NCBI GenBank assembly: GCA_951406725.2
Contig: OX597822.1
Location: 5,642,001 to 5,706,000 of the forward strand
Reading direction: 5' to 3'
From: Octopus vulgaris
Lineage: Eukaryota
Length of the DNA stretch: 64,000 nt
Shown here: one piece after another, positions 53,336 through 64,000 of the stretch
How the letters are laid out: each line of letters opens with the position of its first letter
Position numbering within the stretch: position 1 is the first letter of the stretch
Notes under the pieces: model-generated
What the model was told of the DNA's origin: nothing
The model's database searches: none
What the model saw: only the letters and a program-made list of their open reading frames with translations
Made by a program: the position numbers and the translations under genes

Positions 53336-56300
53336 GTTAGTTTGCCACCTTAATAATAATGATAATAATAATAATGATTTTTAGCATAGTTAGGCAGGTA
53401 CAAGTTTTGGGACCAGTGGTGCTCATTATATTTACCAAGCTGAATACTAAACTCATACTTTATTTTACTGACCAAAGATCAATGAATGACAAACGCCGTT
53501 CATCCTTCTTTGGAATTTGAATGCAAAATACAAAGGGGCATAATGAAAGGCCCCAGACTCTTTTATCTGTTGCACTATCACTCCTACCATCTAAAGCTCT
53601 CCTATGTTTATAACAATAACAAAATTTAAATGTAGATACAGAGGGAGAAATAAAACTAAAAAATCAGAAAAAGAAAAAATGAAATGATAGAAGCAGACAT
53701 CTCTGGCAGTGATATTAATGCTGTTAACATTTTTATTGATATCTGTAATTTTATTTACTTATTTAATTTTTTTTTATTTTCTTCTGATATTGAACTCTTT
53801 GTGGTCATGAAATAAATTAGCTCCCAATAAACACTCAGAAAACTATGGTCTCTTCTGTTATATCTTAGTTTTTAAAAAAATTTTTTAATTTATTATTATT
53901 ATTTTTATCATTTCTTTTTTAGCACATTTCATTTCATCTCCTTTTTTCTCTCTGTTCTTTAATTCATTCATAATTCATATGTGAATGAAAAATTTTTTTC
54001 CAGTTTTTTTTCTTCTCTTTCTTCACTGCTTATGTCTTTCTATGAGATATTTTAGATAGATTTACTTATATAGAATAAAGAAAGAAAGCCAAAAGAAATG
54101 TGTGTGTGGATGGGGGAGGGGATAAAACAGTAATATAAATTAAACATTGAAATGGGGGGAAAAAAAGTGACTCAAATTTCCCAAAAAGAACAGATATATT
54201 ATTACAAAAAAAAAAAAAAAGCAGAAAAATAGCAATAACAGAAAAAACAAACAAAAACAAATTGACTATAGGAAAACAAGAAATTTGAAAGGCATAAAAA
54301 ATAATGTCAAAGTACAGTTTTCTGGAGAAAAATATGTAAGAGGGTATGAAGAAGATGGTAATGATAAGGAAAATGATAAAGGTGATGATAATAATGATGG
54401 TGATGATAATAGTACTGGGTATGATAATAATGGTAAGATTGGTGATAATGAAGGTAAGAATAAGGGAAACAGTATATTTGTAAGATGGTAGGCTCTCCTT
54501 ATAAGGAGCTGATATATTATAAAGATTCAGTTTAGCAAAGATATATTCATATATTTATTGACTAAGATCAGCCTCTGTCATTTGCCATGATTTATGGAAG
54601 GTGTGTCACTGAAAGGGACAAGTCAGCATGGATGCTTCTAGGTGGTCACTGGGATTGCTAGAAATAACAGCTAAATTCTCTGAACGTGCACTCTAACATC
54701 TTTTAAAAGAACACTTTGAATGATATGGTCCTGGTTCCACTTACACATCATCATCATCATCATCATCATCGTTTAGCGTCCGCTTTCCATGCTAGCATGG
54801 GTTGGACGGTTCAAATGGGGTCTGGGAAGCCAGAAGGCTGCACCAGGCCCAGTTTGATCTGGCAATGTTTCTACGGCTGGATGCCTTTCCTAACATCAAC
54901 CACTCCATGAGTGTAGAGGGTGCTTTTTACGTGCCACCGGCACAGGTGCCAGATGAGTCTGGCAAACGGCCACGATCGGATGGTGCTTTTTATGTACCAC
55001 CGGCACATTGGAAAAAAAAAATGAGGTCACAAATGGAATGACATTGCTCATAATTCTGCCTCCATGAATCCCATCTGATGTATGCAAGCATGGAAAAGTG
55101 GATGTTAAAACAATGATGATGATGATGATGATGTTCATGTATACCAACTAACGATGCACATCCATTCAAGCATGCTCACATCATTTATTTTTTAGCCTTT
55201 GCCTGTTCTCTCTGCTAAAGATGTGTGACCTCCTCCTCCTCCCCCTGACCACCACCACCACCACCATCGCCGCCGCCACCTCCACCGCCACCACTGGCAT
55301 GACTCTTGCCTGTGTCATGTAAATGTCACACATGCTGGTGGCAAGTAAAAGGCAAACGTTACACTTTTGGGGTGGTTGGTGTTAGGAAGGGCATCAAGCC
55401 ATAGAAATCACGTCAAATCAGACTGGAACCTGGTGCAGCCCTCCACCTTAAGAATTCCAGTCAAACCGTCTAACTCATGCAAGCATGGAGGGTGGACTTT
55501 AAATGATGATGATAATGATGATGAGTCACAAATTATTCAGTTTTTAGAAGAAGACGTGATTAAGTAACATCCATGTTTACCTCAAGAATGGTTTTGGTAA
55601 TGCAAGTGACCAGAACTGAAACTAAGAAGAATCGAAAGTGAAGAACATGGGTAAATATTTATTTTGGTACATGGATCCAACCAACATAAAGATAGTGTCT
55701 ATTCTATGATGTTAAGAACTAGAAAAGAGAATAAGAATTACACAGTTCATGACAGTTCGTGTGCTTGTAAGGTTTTGGAAGAAAAGGCCTTGCAAATTAG
55801 TTGGATGTCTATGTTCGCACAAATCTGTTCAGTCAATTAGGACCATGAATGAAAACAGAGAACTTTTTGTAAGCTTGTTTTCTTTCAAAGTAATGCACTA
55901 TTTTATTGGTAATGCATGATTTCCTCAGGAAAACTAACACAAAGCCACTATAATATCACCTGAACACTGTAGAGAGAATCAAATTAATTACGTGGCAGTA
56001 CACCAACAGAAGTAAAGGTCACAGGGTGATATTAAAGATATATGTAAATAGTAGGTTAAATTTCTGCGTGGTAGAGGTCAAGTTGAGAATGGACTTGATA
56101 GCAAGGAAGAAATAATTCTCCTCAAGAGAAATTTGGTGTACAGAGAGAAATATATTTAACTCGTTTCTCACAACTATTTCAGAATTATATAACCAGAAAA
56201 AGAAAGTAAAAACAAAGAAAGTAAAAAGAAAAAAAAAAAATTACTGATGTAGCTGGTGGATAGGGATGGAAACATGAGGTCTGTAAACATAGAAGGGATT

Positions 56301-56834
56301 GAAATATGAGGTCTGTAAACATAGAAGGGATTGAAAAGCAGTGTCCTCTCTATATTAATTTCATAAATTCCAAAAATTTTAACAAAAGGATAATTATCAT
56401 ATAAGGTGGCTAACTGGCAGAATCATTAGCACACTGGACAAAATGCTTAGCAGCATTTTGTCTATCTTTATGTTCTGGGTGTAAATGTTGCCAGGGTCAA
56501 CTTTGCCATTCCTCTTTTTGAGGGTCAATAAAATAAGTACCAGCTGAGCCCTAGGGTTGATCTAATTGACTTAGCTGCTCCCTCGAAATTGCTGGCCTTG
56601 ACTAAAGTTTGAAATTAATATCAAACAAATGTTTGATAACAATAAGGGGAGTCAGAGAAAATTGTCGTCATCAAAGAACTGTTGGTATCACGAAAAAATT
56701 GTAATTTAAGATGACTTAATCATTCAGGGCATCTGTACAAAAGAGCTTTTAAAACCCATCATTGATAGCAGCAAAAATATGACAGGTTTGTTTTTAATAT
56801 CACCTCCATTATATACTGAAAATGTCTTCAGTCG

Positions 56835-57525
56835 ATGACTGGCATCCATGCTAAGAGCACCATCCGAGTGTGATTGTTGCCAGAGCAGCTAACTGGCTTC
56901 CATGCCGGTAGCACATAAAAAGCACCATTCGAGCGTGATCATTACCAGTGTCACCTTACTGGCACTTGTACCGGTGGTATGTGAAAAAACATTCTAACGA
57001 GGTCGTTGCCAGTGCTGCTGGACTGGCTCCTGTGCAGGTGGCATGTAAAAAACACCACTTGAGTATATCTGTTGCCAGTACCTATTTCTTTATTACCCAC
57101 AAGGGGCTAAACACAGAGGGGACAAACAAGGACAGACATAGGTATTAAGTCGATTACATCGACCCCAGTGCGTAACTGGTACTTAATTTATCGACCCCAA
57201 AAGGATGAAAGGCAAAGTTGATCTCGGCGGAATTTGAACTCACAATGTAACGCAGACGAAATACCGTTAAGCATTTCGCCCGGCGTGCTAACGTTTCTGC
57301 CAGCTCGCCGCCTATTTATCTGATAATTATCTGTTGCCAGTACCACCTGACTGGCCCTCATGCTGGTGACATGTAAAAGCACCCACTACACTCTTGGAGT
57401 GGTTTGCATTAAGAAGGGCATCCAGCTGTAGAAACTCTGCCAGATCAAGATTGAAGCCTGGTGCAGCTATCTGGTTCGCCAGTTCTCAGTCAAAGAGTCC
57501 AACCCATGGAAAACAGACGTTAAAC

Positions 57526-57560
<35 letters not shown>
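56835..57560 (+). mobile_element. Family C copy interrupted by a young SINE B (57083-57312, minus strand)
   Basis: 17-bp TSD TATCTGTTGCCAGTACC at 57066-57082 and 57328-57344; (GAT)n tail. Confidence 0.88.
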
Positions 57561-57944
57561 GATCCCAAAATGAGCATTTGAGTATTCCTCTATGCTCAGG
57601 GAAGAGAAAGCAACACCAACCAAGTAAATGTGATACGGCTTAATGCCTATAACTACAGTAAAAATAGTCTTTGAAATAGAAAAGGGATTTCAAACAGCCA
57701 CTGAAAATAGAAGATTAATTATTAGATAATAATTGCTAATTGAGCTTGGCACTCCTAGAGCATATAGGACAGGGAGGGTGCCTGTGTCTGGTAGGAGTAA
57801 CAGCTAGGGATAGTAACCAAATTGTACTCAGATTGCATTCTACATTGAGTATAACCATCGATAAGCAATGCTCAAAAGAAGGATGGGATGGTCATAGCTG
57901 GAATGCATTTGATCATAGCTCTGTTGCGGAAGAACTGATCTGGA

Positions 57945-58047
57945 ATCAAACAACATCAGCAATAGCAACAACAATAACAATATCATCATCATCATCATCA
58001 TCATCATCAACAACAACAACAACAACAACAACAACAGCAACAACAAT

Positions 58048-58078
<31 letters not shown>

Positions 58079-58270
58079 GCAAACAACAACAACAGCAGCA
58101 GCAGCAGCAGCAGTGTCAGCAATAGCAATAAGAGCAATAACAGGAACATGGGTAACAAAACCAACAGTAGAAACAAAAACAACAACAACAACAAAAGTAA
58201 TAACAACAGCAACAACAGCACAAACAGCAATAACAATAACAACAATTACAACAATAGCAGCAATAACAAG
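57945..58270. repeat. Compound (CAA)/(CAT)/(CAG) array
   Basis: Direct reading. Confidence 0.9.
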
Positions 58271-58878
58271 ATTAATAGAGCCTTAAGTGAATTTAGTTTT
58301 GTCTGTCTCAGATCTGAATTTGATTATTGCCTAAGTTCATTCATCATTTCATCCTTCTGGGGTGAATAAAATATAGAGGAAATACCAGAGAATTTCATGT
58401 AACACACAACAAATTTCTGGTCTTGCTTTTTTTTTTTCCTTGTGTGTGTATGTGTGTTTTGGAATGAACTGGAAAGAGAGGGTTTAACTGTGGAATTTCA
58501 GAAGCAGGTCTTCTTAAACTGGTGAGATCAGCATGGCAAAAGTTTGTCTTGAGAAATAGTAAGTGGATGGATGCTGGAGAAAGAATTCCAATGAGATGAC
58601 ATAGAGAGGAAGATCTGGGTGTCAGGGTTAGTTGAGGGCTTGAAAGAGCAAATTTGTGATGGGAGCCAAGTGAGCATGGGGTTACACAGCTCCAGTTAGC
58701 AGTAGAAAAAATAAAAAGTGGAAAAAACATGTCTGTGGAATAGAGGTTAGAATATACAAAAATAATTGTTTTTATTAACATTATTATTTCAGAAGAGTAA
58801 AGGCAGTAAGTTGGCAGAATCATTACCATGCCAGACAAAGTGCTTAGTGGAATTTTCTCCAGCTTTACTTTCTGAGTT

Positions 58879-59431
58879 TGTGAAGGCACATGGTTCATTG
58901 GTTAGAGCAGTGCTTTTCAAACTTTTTGCTTGAGCGAAACCCCAAGGAAACATTCCACTGGCTCGAGGAGCCCCTGTGCAATAATTTAATAATCTTATGC
59001 AGACATATCTGCACAGGAGACTTAAAAATTACTGCCGATTTTAGCAGTTTTGTAACTTCTTGCAGAACCCCTGCACTGTACTGGCGGAACCCTAAAGTTC
59101 CGTGGAACCCTGGTTGAAAACCACTGGGTTAGAGTGTCAGGCTCACAATCATGAGATAGTGAGTTCAATTCCCACACTGAGCTGTGAGTTGTGTTCTTGA
59201 CATGTTGCTTCAGTTCCCTCAGCTGTAGAAATAAGTTGCAATGTCACTGGTGCCCCTTTGCCTTTCCCTCGAATAACATTGGTGGCATGAGAGAAAAGGC
59301 TGGTATGCAAGGGTGACTGCTGGTCTTCCATAAAACAACTTTGCCCAGATTTATGCCTCAGAGGGGAACTTTCTAGGTGCAATTCCATGGTCATTCATAA
59401 CTGAAGAGGCTCTTTACCCTTTACCCTTTTC
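58879..59431 (+). mobile_element. tRNA-derived SINE (family D-like) inserted in a SINE B (~58800-59585)
   Basis: 11-bp TSD CTTTCTGAGTT at 58868-58878 and 59432-59442; (TTTACCC)n tail. Confidence 0.85.
58908..59126. mobile_element. hAT MITE with 8-bp TSD
   Basis: TIRs CAGTGCTTTTCAA / TTGAAAACCACTG; TSD GGTTAGAG at 58900-58907 and 59127-59134. Confidence 0.92.
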
Positions 59432-59726
59432 CTTTCTGAGTTCAAATTTTGCCAAAGCTGACCTTGTTTTTCAATATTCCAGGGTTAATAAAATGAACAC
59501 CAGTCAAGTGCTGGGGTCAATGTAATCAACTACTCTCCTTCCCTGACCCAAATTTCAGACATGGGGCTTACAGTAAAAAGAATTATTACTTCAGAGTAGT
59601 GAATGGGCAGAATTAATTGCTTGAGTATAAGCAAAAACAGGTTGTAGCATTTTGATCAAGCTTTTTGTTCTGAATTCAAATCTTGCGAAGATGTAATCAA
59701 CTAGCTCCCTCCCCACAAATTTCAAA

Positions 59727-59760
<34 letters not shown>

Positions 59761-60120
59761 GAAATTAAAAAACTAGTGCTCACTGGAACTGCTCATATCC
59801 TATGGAAAATATTGTCTATGTAATTCCCAAAACATTTTAATCTGTAAATATTATCAAAAGTACTTTTAAATGTACATATTAGCAAAGTCCTTTCACTGTC
59901 ATCTTAAAATCTGACTATCATCTTAGAATCAAATTACTTTTAAAACAAACTTCTTATTTTCTTGATTCAGCAGACATTCTCTACAACAATACTCTGTGCA
60001 AAACTAAAAGTATGACACCCTAGTCATAACACCAGCTTGAACTTCTAACTTATTGTCTCTTGAGGTCTCTGAATAAGAATTAAAGTCAGCTTGTACAAAT
60101 ACAAAGCAAAAGCCAAGCAT

Positions 60121-60125
<5 letters not shown>
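59761..60125 (+). mobile_element. Second R4/Dong-like 3' end
   Basis: EIKKLVLTGTAHILWKILSM* (59761-59823), homologous to the 46267-46380 peptide, followed by a putative 3' UTR. Confidence 0.65.
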
Positions 60126-60976
<851 letters not shown>

Positions 60977-61629
60977 TCTCTCAGTGCACTGTGATTATAC
61001 ATTCAGTGAATCATGCCTGCCATACTTCTTTCCAAAATTTGCCCCTCTACTCACAGTCCCCACCTCTCACCACCGTTCAGTGTCATAGGTCATACAGAAA
61101 GCATCATACTACCAAATCCTTTATTGGAAAGAAAAGCTTCTTCTCGGCGGAGGTAAAAGCTCCTTGAACTTTTACCATTCTATTCATATTCCAGCTAATA
61201 ATTGTCAGTGTTGCAAATGCTGTTATTTCTGGCAGTCGCTGATGTTGTTCCTTGTGGTTGTCTTGCTGATGTTGTAGTTGTTGTTGATATTATTGCTGCT
61301 GCGGCTGTTGTTGTTGTTGCTGTTATCGTTAATATTTCAAATTGGCATTGTAGAAGTGCTGGACAATAATCTGTCTGCTATCTGTAATATGAAACAATAA
61401 ATATAAAAATTGTTGAATTGAAATAATATATCGGATTTAGCCAACTGTAACAAATGCATGGTACAAATGTTATGACTTTTGGGCTGTTTCGGTTTCTGCT
61501 TTATGTTTATATCTCCATAGCCATTCATTTATCTACCAATCTAATAATCTATGTGTAGACATACATACATACATACACAATTTCACATATTCAACCATAG
61601 TCTGTATATATATCCTCAAATATACTTCA

Positions 61630-61630
61630 A

Positions 61631-61728
<98 letters not shown>

Positions 61729-61930
61729 CATATACATACATATATATATATATATATACATATATGTATACATATATATGTATGTGTGTATGTATGTATG
61801 TATGTATGTATGCACGTTTGTATATCAAGAGTAAATATGTGAGAATCTCGTAAAAAGCATCTCTTTCACTCTCTTTCTCTTTCTATTTCCTCTTTCTTCC
61901 ATTCCCTCTATTTCTCTCTCTCTCTCTCTC

Positions 61931-61965
<35 letters not shown>

Positions 61966-62555
61966 GCACGCACACATATATATATATGCACATATATTTA
62001 GTCATATATGTGCATATATATTTTCCACATGCATATCTATGTGCATAGTTGTATCTTCATGTATCTATGTATATATATATATATATATATATTTGTGTGT
62101 GTGTGTGTATATATGTATATATATGTATATATATATATATTTGTGTGTGTGTGTATGTATGTATATATGTATGTATATATATATATATATACTCATACAT
62201 GTACATATAGATGATGATAGGGCCTTTGTATTTTACATGTACCTATGTGAGTATAAATGCGTGGGACAGTGTGCCTGTGTGCATTCATGTGTGTGTGTGT
62301 GTGTGTGTGCATTCATATGCGTGTGTGAGGCTAATTGTATCTCTAAAAGAGATTAGCTAAAAAAGAATATATCTGAGAAGCAATCATTTAAAAATATTTT
62401 TCTTCATGTTTTTTCAATTGCAATATCTTTTAATATATTGTATCCTTTCTTTTTCAATTGTCCCCCTTCTAATCAAATTTTTTATAAATGTTAATCTAAC
62501 GGAATATCAGTGAAAAAATTGCTAATGTATATATGAATATATATACACATATCTA

Positions 62556-62603
<48 letters not shown>

Positions 62604-62616
62604 AGATATATATCTA

Positions 62617-62665
<49 letters not shown>

Positions 62666-62678
62666 AGATATATATCTA

Positions 62679-62752
<74 letters not shown>

Positions 62753-62820
62753 GTGTGTATATATATCATCACGTTTTAATGTCTGCCTTCCATGCTGAAA
62801 TGGGCGGGATATATGTATGC

Positions 62821-62913
<93 letters not shown>

Positions 62914-62960
62914 TAATAATGATAATAATAATAATAATAATGATAACGATAATCATATTA
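61630..62960. repeat. Interspersed (TA)n, (TG)n, (TATG)n and (AAT)n arrays
   Basis: Direct reading. Confidence 0.9.
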
Positions 62961-62998
62961 ATTAATAGGAGATGAATTTGGTATTACATCTTTATTGG

Positions 62999-63043
62999 GT
63001 ACAACATATGTTTCGACTCATCCTTCTGGGTCTCATCAGGTAC
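62999..63043 (-). ncRNA. Minimal type I hammerhead ribozyme (canonical core)
   Basis: GUAC-CUGAUGA-GACcCA(GAAGGA)UGaGUC-GAAA-CAUAUGUU-GUAC: stem I GUAC/GUAC, palindrome AACAUAUGUU, GUU triplet. Confidence 0.78.
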
Positions 63044-64000
63044 AGCGATAAAGTTGTCACTACAGATTTTTAGTGTTGGTTGACTTGTTGTTATATGCAG
63101 ATAACGACAGGTAGCTTAAACTATGCTGGTGCTCTGCTCAACATTTAAACACACTAATCAACTTATACTGGTTTGTCCAAATCATTTATTATTATTATTG
63201 AGTGAGAGAGCAGTGCATGCCATCAAAGTGACACTGAGGTAAAATATACAAAGCCCAGTATACCCATCATGACTACCTGTCTGATAAGGGTACACCAGGC
63301 ACATGCATCTCAACCATGTGCGTGACATGGTGAACTCATATGAAGATAAACAGCGCATTTTTGTTTGTCTTAATCACTGATGAGATGCCAGAGCAGATTT
63401 CTGCCCTGACATCCAAAACTTGGATTTTTATTATAGCAACTGAATAATCGTCACATATTATATTGCAGATATATATATATATATATATACATATTGGCTT
63501 CTGTGCCGGTGGCATGTGAAAAGCACCCACTACACTCATGGAGTGATTGGCATCAGGAAGGGCATCCAGCTGTAGAAACACTGCCAGATCAGACTGGATC
63601 CTGGTGCAGCCTCCTGGCTTCCCAGACCCCGGTCGAACCGTCCAACCTATGCTAGCATGGAAAATGGACATTAAACGATGATGATGATGATATACACATA
63701 TATATATTATTTATATTATTATATGATTGAACACCACTCATCCACTTCCAAGTAAGATTTAGCTTAATAATTCTGATACACCCTCTACTATCCTTTTACA
63801 TTTTCGTTTTTCTCTCTTTCTCTGTCTTATTCTTTTATCACCTCTTCTCCCATTATTCTGTCCTATTACTCTTTTGTTTTTTTTCTCTCTTATTTTTCTC
63901 CCTCTCCTTCTCCCCTTCCTGTTTTATTCTCACTTATCCTATCTCCAATTTTTTCGTCTCCCCTTCACAGTTCTCTGTCTGTCAGTCTCTCTCTCCCTCA

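Noticed and set aside
61152-61176. Histone stem-loop or bacterial-type terminator
   Set aside because: It does not match the histone stem-loop consensus, there is no histone ORF, and the DNA is eukaryotic.

Overview
This is AT-rich, repeat-saturated eukaryotic genomic DNA with no recognisable intact host gene. The SINE and microsatellite repertoire suggests an octopus or other coleoid cephalopod; that is an inference and no database search was run. Nearly all long ORFs in the track are microsatellite or SINE artefacts. Real content includes: a decayed Gypsy/Ty3 provirus (~8.0-11.6 kb, minus strand); a solo LTR with TSD; RTE, CR1, R4/Dong-like and Penelope-like (GIY-YIG) remnants; at least four tRNA-derived SINE families; a non-autonomous Helitron, a Helentron/DINE-like element, and hAT and piggyBac-like MITEs; and very large di-, tri- and tetranucleotide arrays. 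Five observations stand out. (1) A full-length U6 snRNA copy is fused to a SINE, and the two appear to have inserted as one unit (40651-41146); a paralogous empty site lies in the same window. (2) Several minimal type-I hammerhead ribozyme motifs occur, two with intact cores. (3) A double hairpin has identical 26-nt loops (28503-28740). (4) An antisense copy of the Gypsy RNase H sequence preserves 27 bp now deleted from the source. (5) There are several TSD-resolved nested insertions.
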